This document shows, piece after piece, positions 8,874 through 18,603 of a stretch of 64,000 bases of DNA. Position 1 is the first letter of the stretch, and every line of letters starts with the position of its first letter. The notes under the pieces are model-generated. The model had not been told where the DNA came from. It worked only from the letters and a program-made list of their open reading frames with translations, and searched no databases. The DNA comes from a virus: IMG/VR virus record IMGVR_UViG_3300008265_000001; one strand, 5' to 3'. The position numbers and the translations under genes were made by a program.

Positions 8874-9029
8874 TTAGCCTTCTTTTTCTGCCTCTGCTTG
8901 CTCTTTTTTCTTTCTGACGTATTTTTTAGTTTCTTTCTCTACAACAGGACTGATTAAATTTTGTAGCCCTGTTTGATAAATATTTGCAAAATTGCTATTA
9001 GGTGCAGCAAAGTAAGTAAAGTGTTTCAT
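8874..9029 (-). CDS. small hypothetical protein (51 aa)
   Basis: Hand-translated as MKHFTYFAAPNSNFANIYQTGLQNLISPVVEKETKKYVRKKKEQAEAEKEG. It fills the gap between two minus-strand genes. Confidence 0.3.
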   Translation of the reverse strand: MKHFTYFAAPNSNFANIYQTGLQNLISPVVEKETKKYVRKKKEQAEAEKEG

Positions 9030-9036
9030 AATTCTG

Positions 9037-11736
9037 TTATGGAGTAGTATCGATTGTTACAGTAGATGAGTAGTTTGAGATTTTGTTACTATTGAACCCG
9101 TAGATTCGGGCAAAGTATTGAATTGTCCCGCTTAATCCAAATATAACAAATTTGTTATCGGCACTTCTTGTAACACTAAGCTCTTCCAAAATAGTAAAAG
9201 TATTTGCACGACTAATTTCAAGTGTGTAATCAGTTGCATTACTTACTTGCGAAAAAGTTAGTTCTGCCTGACTCTCATCAATTATATTGACATTAGTGAT
9301 ACTTGGCGCAGAAGAAATAGCAAGCTCAGTGTACGGCTCAGCAGGTGTATTGATTGTCAGTGTAGTTGATGGCGAAGCAGTGCGATTAGTTCCGTCATAT
9401 CCATAAGCACGTAAATAATATGTGCGGTTAGGCTTAAGTAGCAGTTCTAAATTATTGGCTTCGCTTTCAATATAGGTGTTGTCAAGCGTAAAACCACTAT
9501 CTCGCGCCAAATTGAGTAAATACTTGGAATAACCACTTAACACTATGCTTGCTCGGTCAAAATCAGCGCTTCCGCTAAGAGCTACTGTAGGAATCGTAAG
9601 AGATGCAGTGCTAGGTTCTTCTGTATCACTAAACAGATTAGTTTTGAATAAGTATGGTATAGAAACGTTCGAGTTTGAGTCATAAATTAGTACCTGATAT
9701 TGTGTGTCAGCAGAAAGAGACTCGAATGTGTAGCTATTAACATCCCCAACATTTTTTGGGAACGTGAAGCCACTTAGAGGCACATAATTGCCAGTATCTA
9801 GCACTTTTAGTTGGACGCTATACGAAGTAGCTCCAGCACTGCGTTTCCAGAGGGCAGAAAAGGAGGTTTTTCCAATTATGCCTTTATAGACCGCCAAAGC
9901 TGATGTATTGACTGTATTGGAGTAAATGCCCCCATTAAAGTTGCCTCGGATATAGTAATTGGTACTAGAGTCGAGCAAATTTTCTACATTGAAGCTGCCA
10001 TTGTCTGCTACGCTCCTCGGATACCCCTTTAGCAAGAATTTGAAGTCAGAGTCAGTACTAACTTCGAGATTGTTGAGGTTGTACGTCCAAGTAAGTAGAT
10101 TTTTAGCTAGTTGCAGTATGGGGGCAGCAGCTTTGGTGGTGAATGTCTGTATCGCAGTTGTTTTTGTGTCTCCAGATGCAGTCTTACCAGTGATTGTGTA
10201 GCTGTAATTGCTGCTCGGCTCCAAAAATAGGTCGATTGTATGTGTGTTGGTGTTGCCGAGACTCTTGTTACGATAGAAGTTGACTCCTAAGTAAGCATTT
10301 GACTCAGTTTTCCACACTGAAAGCAAATAATCTGTGTAGCTACCATTTAAAGTCCACCCAATGACTGCCGAAGTATCGGTAATGCTAGTTGTAGCAACTC
10401 CAGTGATGCTTGTAAGGGCTGCTGAGGTCGTTGTAGTGACTGAATTGGAGTAATCTGAGGACTGGCTTGAATTGAGCGCCCTAATACGTGAATAGTATGT
10501 AGTTGCAGGGCTAATTCCTTCATTTAGTAGCAAAGACCCAACATTGCCAACAATAGTTGAATAAGCAATAGAAGCAAAAACTGATGAAGTACTTAATTCA
10601 AATAAATAACGGTTGGCGTAACTGCGTAAAACCCACTGAAACAAAATGCTTCGAGAAGTGATTGTTGTTGGAGTTAGTAATTGTGGAGGATTCAGTGACG
10701 AGTTAAGTGAAAGAGTAGCGACAATTTGAGTAGCTGAATATGCAGTTGTTTGCCATACAGAAATTGCCCTGACTCGAACGTAATAAATTGTATTTGCCGT
10801 TAGTCCTGTGAAATTGGCAAAGTTATTTTTGGTAGTTACGGTTTGAGTAATAACACTAAAATCTGAAGTTGCTGAAATCTGGATACTGTAACTATCCGCC
10901 AAAGTCACTTTGCCCCAGTATGCAGAAAAAGAACTTAGGTAAATGTCGGTAATATTACTAATATTGGGAGTTGCAAGGTTCTGGAATTGCTCGTCGTAAG
11001 TTAGTGCGTCATGGAGCGTCGTAAAAGTGACTACATTGCTGTTTGCTGACGTAGTTGTGCCATCGGAAGCTCTGACACGGTAATAGTATTGAGTGAGCGC
11101 CGTAAGTGACCCTATATCGCGAAAACTAACATCTCCAGCGTTGACATTGTTGAGGATTAGTGAAGTGAAAGCGGCATCGGTTGCCAAATCTACAAAATAA
11201 GTGGTAGCGTCAGTTACTTTGCCCCAATTAAGTCGAGCCGCAATAGCTGTGAGATTAGTTGTGCCTAAAGCATCGGAAATGGGGAAGTTTGGTATGGTTG
11301 AGAGCGAAGCAGAAGTCCACGCCGAAAGTCCAGTTGCATTAGAGAAGCGTAAACGATAATAGTAGAGTGTGTTTGCCGTCAAGCCGCCAATAGTGAGTGC
11401 TATAGTTTCTTTTTCTGTCCCAACTACGTTGCTGCCAAGCAAGAACGTCAAATTGGAGTAAAGTGGTGCGCTGAAATCGGCATTTACTGATACGTCTAGT
11501 TTTAATTCTTTTATGTACTCATTAGGTGCAGATTTTTGTATTTCTATTTTTAAGGAACTACTGTTTTTTTCTGCTGCTATTATTATTGGTTGAGAAGGTG
11601 ATGGAGGCGTAACGCCAATACCAAGTGAGGATGCAGGAGTAGTTACCGATACTATGTTTGAGTATGCAGATTCACCATCAAGATTGACAGCTTTAGTGCG
11701 GTAGTAGTAGGTAGTTGAAGGTTTAATTAAAGTCAT
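9037..11736 (-). CDS. virion protein made of ~10 fibronectin type III-like modules
   Basis: F-strand-like Y(Y)xR motifs recur about every 90 aa: YYYRTKAVN, YYYRLRF, YYYRVRA, YYVRVRA, YYSRIRA, YYIRGNF, YYLRAYG, YFARIYG. Confidence 0.85.
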   Translation of the reverse strand: MTLIKPSTTYYYRTKAVNLDGESAYSNIVSVTTPASSLGIGVTPPSPSQPIIIAAEKNSSSLKIEIQKSAPNEYIKELKLDVSVNADFSAPLYSNLTFLLGSNVVGTEKETIALTIGGLTANTLYYYRLRFSNATGLSAWTSASLSTIPNFPISDALGTTNLTAIAARLNWGKVTDATTYFVDLATDAAFTSLILNNVNAGDVSFRDIGSLTALTQYYYRVRASDGTTTSANSNVVTFTTLHDALTYDEQFQNLATPNISNITDIYLSSFSAYWGKVTLADSYSIQISATSDFSVITQTVTTKNNFANFTGLTANTIYYVRVRAISVWQTTAYSATQIVATLSLNSSLNPPQLLTPTTITSRSILFQWVLRSYANRYLFELSTSSVFASIAYSTIVGNVGSLLLNEGISPATTYYSRIRALNSSQSSDYSNSVTTTTSAALTSITGVATTSITDTSAVIGWTLNGSYTDYLLSVWKTESNAYLGVNFYRNKSLGNTNTHTIDLFLEPSSNYSYTITGKTASGDTKTTAIQTFTTKAAAPILQLAKNLLTWTYNLNNLEVSTDSDFKFLLKGYPRSVADNGSFNVENLLDSSTNYYIRGNFNGGIYSNTVNTSALAVYKGIIGKTSFSALWKRSAGATSYSVQLKVLDTGNYVPLSGFTFPKNVGDVNSYTFESLSADTQYQVLIYDSNSNVSIPYLFKTNLFSDTEEPSTASLTIPTVALSGSADFDRASIVLSGYSKYLLNLARDSGFTLDNTYIESEANNLELLLKPNRTYYLRAYGYDGTNRTASPSTTLTINTPAEPYTELAISSAPSITNVNIIDESQAELTFSQVSNATDYTLEISRANTFTILEELSVTRSADNKFVIFGLSGTIQYFARIYGFNSNKISNYSSTVTIDTTP

Positions 11737-11740
11737 TGTA

Positions 11741-12568
11741 TTAAGCTAACGGAGGGGAATTTTTATAACGGTGGGAGTTTGGAAGATTTGATGTTATTCC
11801 CCATTTATGATGTAGGCGACCTATTATTTTATCTGTTAAATCTGTTGATAAACTTATAGGAGTTATAACCAACTCGCATATTTCTCCTTCAAATCTTAAA
11901 GCAGCATAATTAGCCCATTGACCTATGTAAAATGGGCTAGATGAGATATTAGGGATAGAGGTAGAGTGTCCAGTAGATACATCTAATATTCCATTTGTTT
12001 GTGCAATAGATGTACTTGCAATTTGACCAACTTTTTTAATATAGGCTTGAGTTAGAAACGTGTTATTTAATACGGATTTAATCTTGAAAGGCTGAGCGCC
12101 AGCATAAGCATATTGGGTGAAAGTATTGTCATCATATATCCCAAAAGCCTTTAAAGCTGTTCCAACATCTCCCCAACCATAAACTACACCTTTTGTAGTA
12201 TTAGTTTTCTTATATAAAATAAATACTGAAAACTGAGGATTACCAGTTAAAGGGAAATTAGTACCAGAAGCCATAAAATGATTAATACCATCAAATCTTA
12301 TGGTATTTAGACTATTTAACCCACCAGTAATATAAGTAGGTTGATTGGTTGAAGTTGATTGTAAAAGATTTATAGAATTACCTGACTTATCATTCCATTG
12401 ACTTACACCTGTTGAAATTGTAATAGTGGAAGAGTCTGAAGCATCTAGCCAAAGTAATAGATTAAGTTTATCAAAGTCCCATAGTTTAGTAGTTATTTTA
12501 GGTAAATTATATAAACCATTCTCTATTCCTAAATTTTTTGGAAATCCGAATAATCCATTACTAGACAT
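11741..12568 (-). CDS. LamG/concanavalin-A-like lectin domain protein
   Basis: LLWLDASDSSTI...QWNDKSGN...IRFDG and a C-terminal EICELVITPISLS pattern. The ATG at 12568 overlaps the upstream stop. Confidence 0.75.
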   Translation of the reverse strand: MSSNGLFGFPKNLGIENGLYNLPKITTKLWDFDKLNLLLWLDASDSSTITISTGVSQWNDKSGNSINLLQSTSTNQPTYITGGLNSLNTIRFDGINHFMASGTNFPLTGNPQFSVFILYKKTNTTKGVVYGWGDVGTALKAFGIYDDNTFTQYAYAGAQPFKIKSVLNNTFLTQAYIKKVGQIASTSIAQTNGILDVSTGHSTSIPNISSSPFYIGQWANYAALRFEGEICELVITPISLSTDLTDKIIGRLHHKWGITSNLPNSHRYKNSPPLA

Positions 12569-12950
12569 CGAAATCTCCTCCTTCAACTATTATTCTAAAA
12601 TTTTCGCTATTATGAGTGGAGGCTTTTATACTTTTTCCAGCAGCTATAATCCACCCTAAATTAATAACCTCAAAAGTAAAAGCTTTAACTGTGCTACTTG
12701 GGGTAATTGCAGACACTGTAATCTCCAGTTTTAAATCTGTATTTATACCATCAAAAATATAAAAACGAATCATACCGTTAGTTGTTGTATCAGTAGCCGT
12801 TATAGTTATTCTTTCAACCCTAGACCCTAAAGTAGGATGTGCAATAAATAAGCTTACTGTAGTACCAGTACCATCTCTATTAGTATTAGCTACTGATAAT
12901 AAACCACGTTCGGTACGTGGGGTTTTTGTAAAGTTGGGTGTTATTGCCAT
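12561..12950 (-). CDS. hypothetical structural protein (129 aa)
   Basis: Track ORF coupled to both neighbours. Confidence 0.65.
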   Translation of the reverse strand: MAITPNFTKTPRTERGLLSVANTNRDGTGTTVSLFIAHPTLGSRVERITITATDTTTNGMIRFYIFDGINTDLKLEITVSAITPSSTVKAFTFEVINLGWIIAAGKSIKASTHNSENFRIIVEGGDFDV

Positions 12951-13984
12951 TAGGTGAAATTATTCCACTCGTAAAGTCCTGATTTGCTACCTTCTATTGT
13001 AACAGTTACATCACCTCCAGTATTTGTCGCTATCACACCCGCACCAACAAAATTAAGACTAGTTGCCGCAGATGTCAATGTAGAACCTTCATTAAGCACT
13101 GTAATACTAGCTGCACTGCCGCTTGGAGTACCCCAACTACCATCTTCGCGCAAGTATCTAGATGTGCCACTTCCTGTTGGTGCAGGAACAAGACCCGCAA
13201 CTGTATATGTGAATACAGCAAGGTCAGTCATATCGGATTTTACTAGAGTTCGCCAAGTTGGATTAGCTGAATTAGTTCCGTCTCCTGTTTGACTGAGTAC
13301 TTTTAGTTGAGTTGTTGTATTTCCTGAAAATCTTGTAGGCGTACCACTTGCCCCTCCTATAATAAGGTCGCCAAGAGTTGTCATTGGGTTAGCAAAACCT
13401 CCAGATGTACCATTGGTTGCGGCTGTTACACGACCTTTACTATCTACAGTGATGTTTGGATTAACATAGCTACCTGCGGTAACTCCCGAATTTGCAAGAG
13501 TCAGCGTTATACTTGTTGCCCCACTGCCAGTTGCATCACCAGATATAGTAATATTTTGGTTTGCTGAAAGTTTACTCGCTAGGTCGCTCGTCAGGTTTGT
13601 AATTTTTGACTGACTAAGGCTGCTAACTTGTGAATCTCCAATGCTCCCGCCAACCACAGAAAAAGTAAGTGCGTTGGCTGCATCATTATAACTAGCGCTG
13701 ATTGTTGAGCTATTTTGTACGAGCGCCGCAATTCTGTCATCTACCGTCTCGTTGAAATTAAGAATATCACTCGTTGCAACATCAGCCTTAAGCTTGAACC
13801 ATCTACCTATTCCTGATGCTGGCAACAACACCGAAACATCATCCGCAGTAGCGGTAGAAGTGCTGCCATAGCTAAACCATGCATTAACTGACCTGCAAAG
13901 CCGCGCATAGCCATCCAGAAGCAAAGCTGTTGGGAGTGCCTTGATTGCGCTTATGTCACTGATTGAATATCCTATTTTGACCAT
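12950..13984 (-). CDS. tail fibre protein
   Basis: NSGVTAGSYVNPNITVDSKGRVTAATNG and GLVPAPTGSGTSRYLREDGSWGTP are classic tail-fibre repeat motifs. I prefer the ATG at 13984 (MVKIGYSISD). Confidence 0.8.
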   Translation of the reverse strand: MVKIGYSISDISAIKALPTALLLDGYARLCRSVNAWFSYGSTSTATADDVSVLLPASGIGRWFKLKADVATSDILNFNETVDDRIAALVQNSSTISASYNDAANALTFSVVGGSIGDSQVSSLSQSKITNLTSDLASKLSANQNITISGDATGSGATSITLTLANSGVTAGSYVNPNITVDSKGRVTAATNGTSGGFANPMTTLGDLIIGGASGTPTRFSGNTTTQLKVLSQTGDGTNSANPTWRTLVKSDMTDLAVFTYTVAGLVPAPTGSGTSRYLREDGSWGTPSGSAASITVLNEGSTLTSAATSLNFVGAGVIATNTGGDVTVTIEGSKSGLYEWNNFT

Positions 13985-14024
13985 GATATTATTGTAGTAT
14001 ATAAATTTAAAAAGCAAAAAGCGA

Positions 14025-14427
14025 ATGGCGCTCACAGATAAATTAACCGCAGAAAAAGCTGGGTTGGAGTCTTATTTAGATTCTGAGCGTGGAGCTAGGC
14101 TTGAGCAGAGTCAAATCTGGACAGTAAATAACAAAATTTTTACACCTGATTGGGAGGGGTTGAAGAACAGAGCATTGGGGGGGTGATTTATATCCTATTT
14201 TTCAACGACTTACTATTGCATCATTAGCTTCTGAAGCTAACACAATTAACACGGCAAGAGGTGACATTACCGATGCTATTTTAACAGTAAAAGTTGAAGC
14301 TGCACTTGCCAGTGGTTTTCAACTATTGACACAAATTGGTGGCTATCAGTTTACACAAGAAGAGAAGGATTTATGGCAATCTGCTATAGATGAGTTACAT
14401 TTTAGCTCTTTAGTTTACTTACCTTAA
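14025..14427 (+). CDS. candidate gene split over two frames at a G7 run (14177..14183)
   Basis: Frame A, 14025..14186, reads MALTDKLTAEKAGLESYLDSERGARLEQSQIWTVNNKIFTPDWEGLKNRALGG*. The +1 frame is open over 14164..14427 with no ATG (..DLYPIFQRLTIASLASEANTINTARGDITDAILTVKVEAALASGFQLLTQIGGYQFTQEEKDLWQSAIDELHFSSLVYLP*). Neither part is in the ORF track. Confidence 0.4.
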
Positions 14428-14449
14428 TGCAACAATATATTTTTAATTT

Positions 14450-15217
14450 ATGAGAATTTCAGCATACGCAAGAGCAACAAATCCTAAATACGCCAATTTT
14501 GCTGTAGATTGGGCAGGTTTAGCAGGTCAGCTTGGTACTAAGGCTGGTAAAGCTTTATCCACTACTGGAGGCACAGCTAAACTTGGTGCTGGCATCGGCG
14601 CAGGTGTCGGTGCAATTAACTATCTCAGGAGTGAAGACAAGTCGATTGGCAATCTTGCAGGTCAAGTAGCTGGTGGTGCTGCATTGGGTGGCGCTGCTGG
14701 TTATGGTGGGTCAAGTCTACGAAATGCTTGGCAAGCACGTAAGGCTGGCAATCAGGCTATGTTGGCTCCTGCGGCTTCTACAATGCCTCAACCACAAGCA
14801 CCAGTCCCTACAAGTAATGGTCAACCTATCCAAACTGCTCCACCTAAACAACAAGCTCAATTACCTGCGGCTCAACCTATTCAACGACCACAGCCTACTC
14901 AGAATGGGGTAATAGTAACACCTGCCCCTGCAAGTCAGCAGACTATTGATACTACGGCTATCACTGTCCCAAATGCAAGTGGAAAAACCCAATCTGGCAA
15001 TTCTCAGCCATATCCTTTAGCTAATCAAAATACTCAAGGAGTGGGACAAGAACAAATCGGTACACTTTCACAAAAACGTAGGAAAGTTCAATTAAAAACT
15101 GCCCCAGCAGGAACGTATCAAACTAATGGATTGCCTCCTACTATAAGTAACAACAGTAAAGCTGAATCCCCTTTTGCCAATTTTAAAGTGCGTCGTTACA
15201 ACGGCTTTGTGTATTAG
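14450..15217 (+). CDS. Gly/Ala-rich then Gln/Pro-rich protein, possible internal virion protein
   Basis: Track ORF. The N-terminal half contains GAGIGAGVGAINYL and AGGAALGGAAGYGG, and the middle is Q/P-rich. Confidence 0.7.
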   Translation: MRISAYARATNPKYANFAVDWAGLAGQLGTKAGKALSTTGGTAKLGAGIGAGVGAINYLRSEDKSIGNLAGQVAGGAALGGAAGYGGSSLRNAWQARKAGNQAMLAPAASTMPQPQAPVPTSNGQPIQTAPPKQQAQLPAAQPIQRPQPTQNGVIVTPAPASQQTIDTTAITVPNASGKTQSGNSQPYPLANQNTQGVGQEQIGTLSQKRRKVQLKTAPAGTYQTNGLPPTISNNSKAESPFANFKVRRYNGFVY

Positions 15218-15224
15218 TGAAGTT

Positions 15225-16130
15225 TTATCCTACTGAATCCCATAGCGACTCACTCATACCATCCCACTGCTCATTTGACAGGGAATCCCATAGGTAGCTT
15301 GCAATTACTATTAAGGAACTACTAAACAACAATCTTGAATTTGCCTCTAAGTTTCGGATTTTTATCGGTAATTGAAATTTAATATGTGGGGCAGAAAGAG
15401 ATGAAGTTGCCAGCTCTAGTTTGCTTTCGGTTGTCAGCAGCAATTTGTCAAATTTTAACTCTGACTGCGGTATATAATCCGATACCCGTCTTCCAAGCTC
15501 TAAAAGATGTACATTTTCAATAGCTGGCACAAAAAGCAAGAAATTAAGCAACTCACCCCCAAATCCTTCTCCTAAAACAAACGAAGATAAATTTGGTAAC
15601 ATATATCCAGCATCAAGCTTGGTATTTTGTTGGAAATCAGCTAAATTTATCGATGTGTTGGTCATTCCAGTAACAACATCATGTGAAAGTAGGCAAACTT
15701 GTGTAGTTTCGAGGTCGCCAAAAGCTAATTCTCGGTCAGCAACGTTAAGTCGAGAGTAGTTTTGAGCAAAGTTTGTAGATGTGTAGTCAATTTCTAATAG
15801 TTTGGGCAGATTTGGATTGATTTTACCTACTTTTAGCAGTGAGTTGTTAGAGTTTTTTGATACGATGAGCAGAGAATAGCTGGAAGCACCAGAAATGATG
15901 CCTGAGACGCGAGGAAATAGTTTCTGGGTAGAAGTGAAGGTCATGCCTTGAGCACCACGTATAGGAAAGTTTAGTGCGCCTGTAGAAATGAAGTCGTAAT
16001 CTGTGTTGCCAGTAAGGTTTAGCTGAGTGAAGGTTGACCCAACAATAGATGTATAAGCCATATTGGTAAAGTCCAAGTAACTACGGCATGGAAGTGAATT
16101 TGTCTCGATATAATCTAGGGATAATGTCAT
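15225..16130 (-). CDS. hypothetical protein (301 aa)
   Basis: Track ORF with no competing frame. Confidence 0.7.
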   Translation of the reverse strand: MTLSLDYIETNSLPCRSYLDFTNMAYTSIVGSTFTQLNLTGNTDYDFISTGALNFPIRGAQGMTFTSTQKLFPRVSGIISGASSYSLLIVSKNSNNSLLKVGKINPNLPKLLEIDYTSTNFAQNYSRLNVADRELAFGDLETTQVCLLSHDVVTGMTNTSINLADFQQNTKLDAGYMLPNLSSFVLGEGFGGELLNFLLFVPAIENVHLLELGRRVSDYIPQSELKFDKLLLTTESKLELATSSLSAPHIKFQLPIKIRNLEANSRLLFSSSLIVIASYLWDSLSNEQWDGMSESLWDSVG

Positions 16131-16164
16131 GTGTTAGGCTTAGTATTATTTATATTTTACTATT

Positions 16165-16650
16165 ATGACCATTTATCTAGCTTGCGATATCGGCTTCAGG
16201 AATCTCGGTTTCTCTGTGATACAGGCAGAAAAAGAGAGTCTTAAGTTACTGTACGCTGAAAATTTTGTTACAACTGGCAAGACTATATCTGAAAATTTAA
16301 ATGAAATAGCGACACATTTCAAGCAATTAGTTAAACAATATCAGCCAGACACTTACATTTTTGAAGACCCTGTGATGAAGGGTGCAACTGGGGCAAAGTT
16401 GAATCAGGTAATTGGTTTGCTGAGATATTTATCGTATAAGTATGAGTTAGCTGAATTTTGTTATAAGCCAACTGAAGTTAAGAAAGCGGTCACATCAGGA
16501 GGTGGGGCAGATAAGCAACAGGTGATTGATGCAGTTGAAAAAGTATTCCCAGAACGTAAGTTCTCTTTAAGAGATAACCACTGCGCGGATAGTACGGCAG
16601 TGGCGCTTTGTCATATTTATAAAACTAAAATTCAGATTGCGGGTTTATGA
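16165..16650 (+). CDS. RuvC-like Holliday junction resolvase
   Basis: Acidic catalytic positions are laid out as in RuvC: LACDIGFRNLG, IFEDP, DNHCADSTAVAL. Confidence 0.8.
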   Translation: MTIYLACDIGFRNLGFSVIQAEKESLKLLYAENFVTTGKTISENLNEIATHFKQLVKQYQPDTYIFEDPVMKGATGAKLNQVIGLLRYLSYKYELAEFCYKPTEVKKAVTSGGGADKQQVIDAVEKVFPERKFSLRDNHCADSTAVALCHIYKTKIQIAGL

Positions 16651-16909
16651 GTTTGTAAAGAAGTCTGCCAACATTTATATCAACACTATTTTGCATCTTT
16701 TTACGGTCTGGCTTAGTTAAAAACTCTTCTGGAGTATAGGTTAACTCTAAATTGTACGTCTTGCCGTCTTTAGTACGCATTTTACGAGTAAGGCATATAG
16801 CTTCAGGTGATTTTACAATTTCACAAGAAATATCTTTCCGTTCCCCAACAACACCTAAACAACTCTCTAGATACATTTCTAGAATTTCTAACTTTTTCAT
16901 GTTTTTCAC
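16625..16909 (-). CDS. hypothetical protein (94 aa)
   Basis: Track ORF, convergent with the RuvC-like gene. Confidence 0.55.
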   Translation of the reverse strand: MKNMKKLEILEMYLESCLGVVGERKDISCEIVKSPEAICLTRKMRTKDGKTYNLELTYTPEEFLTKPDRKKMQNSVDINVGRLLYKLINPQSEF

Positions 16910-16936
16910 TATTCACTAGAAATTACTATAGCATAA

Positions 16937-16966
16937 TTGTCGTGTAGTAAATATTTAGTGTATAAT
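16937..16966 (+). promoter_or_regulatory. sigma70-like promoter candidate (TTGTCG-18-TATAAT)
   Basis: TTGTCG at 16937..16942 and TATAAT at 16961..16966, about 34 nt upstream of the ATG at 17000. Confidence 0.3.
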
Positions 16967-16999
16967 AAATATGTAGTAAATAATTTCCTAACCTATATT

Positions 17000-17677
17000 A
17001 TGTTCTCAGAATTAATTTCACAATCTCAGCGTGTTTCCGATGATTACGTCAATGTAACTTTGTGGTGTAAAAAATTTGATAAAAAATGGGCGCAATTCAT
17101 GCACCTTGCAGAAGCTATCAATTTCATTGAGTCTCTATCATTAAATCTAAAGGTTGCCAAACCCAACCTTATAGAAACTAAACGTGGAAAAGGAGGCGGT
17201 ACATGGGTTCATCCCCTTCTGGCAATTAAAATTGCAGAATGGCTCAGTCCAGATTTTGAGGTTTTTGTCAAGCAGACTTTTGCGGCTTACCTAAAAGCTG
17301 ATATGTCTCTTGCAGACTCTATCGTTGAACGTAGTGATGACCTTGAAGCAATTACTCGTCACAACACTAAATCAGTTGCGAGACAAAAGCAACTTGAAAA
17401 ATATCATGGACTCATGGGCGAACTTCGAGGTCGTGAATGTGAAGATATGCACTTTGCTACTGTCAACAAACACAATAACAAGCTTGTGGGTATTGAAACC
17501 CGTAAAAATGGTCTAACTGCTGATGAAGTAACTATTGTGTCTCTACTTGAAGATTTTGAAAAATTGCAACTGTCTCGCAACCCAGACGCAAAAAAGTGGA
17601 AGGCTGTTAATTCAGTTAAAGATTCTGGCGACAAACTCATGGGGTTCCTAGACCAAAACTTACTTCCCGCAATCTAG
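17000..17677 (+). CDS. KilA-N domain protein (paralog A)
   Basis: GGGTWVHPLLAIKIAEWLSPDFEVFV is a KilA-N signature. The start was chosen by alignment with the paralog at 32075..32770 (MFSELIS vs MFDELVS). Confidence 0.8.
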   Translation: MFSELISQSQRVSDDYVNVTLWCKKFDKKWAQFMHLAEAINFIESLSLNLKVAKPNLIETKRGKGGGTWVHPLLAIKIAEWLSPDFEVFVKQTFAAYLKADMSLADSIVERSDDLEAITRHNTKSVARQKQLEKYHGLMGELRGRECEDMHFATVNKHNNKLVGIETRKNGLTADEVTIVSLLEDFEKLQLSRNPDAKKWKAVNSVKDSGDKLMGFLDQNLLPAI

Positions 17678-17817
17678 CCGCGAACACACAATTAGCTTAC
17701 AGTAAGGGTTTCGGATTTCTAATTTTACTTTAGAGGTCTGGAATCCTTAGTTTACGTTGTTTAAGCCGCGAACTAGCTTGTGGTCTATACTTAATAGATA
17801 TAGATAAGCGCAGAAAA

Positions 17818-18174
17818 ATGGCTGACACAATAAAACCGCACAAAAAGGGCGACACTTGGGACGGAGTTGAGTTTCACTTCGAGACTGAAAATAATGGCAT
17901 ATATTCTGACATGGACTTAACTGGCTATTCTTTTTCTGCCAAATTTAAAACTAGCCCTCAAGGTTCTGTAATTTGGGAATTTAGTACTACTAATGATAAA
18001 ATCACTTGTCCAGTACCTACAAATGGCAAGATATATTTTATGCCTCAAGTTATACAATACAATCCTCAACGCTACATATTTGGTATAGAAATGACTGCTC
18101 CTGATGGACGAGTTACCACTATTACAGACGGTGCTAACCCGTTAGTGTGGACTATTTTACCTGATATAACATAA
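17818..18174 (+). CDS. hypothetical virion protein (118 aa)
   Basis: First gene of a tightly coupled plus-strand structural block. Confidence 0.7.
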   Translation: MADTIKPHKKGDTWDGVEFHFETENNGIYSDMDLTGYSFSAKFKTSPQGSVIWEFSTTNDKITCPVPTNGKIYFMPQVIQYNPQRYIFGIEMTAPDGRVTTITDGANPLVWTILPDIT

Positions 18175-18602
18175 TGAGAGTAACAGTAAATCAAACCACT
18201 CAAGAATATAGAATAACTGCAACTGAAAATATAAATCAGTTTCGTATTCTTGTTTCAGAGTCATTAGCAACTAACATACGAGTTACAGTAGCATCTTTAG
18301 GAGTTAGTGGTCTTAGTGCTTATACTATAGCCTTGATAAACGGTTTTGTTGGTACTGAGCAGGAGTGGCTTCAAAGTTTGAAAGGGCAAGAAGCAACTTT
18401 AAACACTTGGATTTACTATGTAAGCACTTGGGACACTGCTCCTACATTTGTAGAGAATATTGTAGGTGGCTCAGTCTACAGCTATACCTACAATGCTACA
18501 ATTAGGTATAGATTTGTACCCTCTCCTTATACGCCTTCTCAAGATGCTTTTTACAGCACTTACAATAGTCCAACTTTAAGCGGTTTAATAGTTTCAAGAT
18601 AA
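18174..18602 (+). CDS. hypothetical virion protein (142 aa)
   Basis: Track ORF whose start abuts the previous stop. Confidence 0.7.
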   Translation: MRVTVNQTTQEYRITATENINQFRILVSESLATNIRVTVASLGVSGLSAYTIALINGFVGTEQEWLQSLKGQEATLNTWIYYVSTWDTAPTFVENIVGGSVYSYTYNATIRYRFVPSPYTPSQDAFYSTYNSPTLSGLIVSR

Positions 18603-18603
18603 A

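Noticed and set aside
8723-8917. Plus-strand 64-aa ORF in the gap upstream of 7886..8734.
   Set aside because: It spans an intergenic repeat region, overlaps the start of a minus-strand gene and a better minus-strand small ORF, and is hydrophobic low-complexity sequence.
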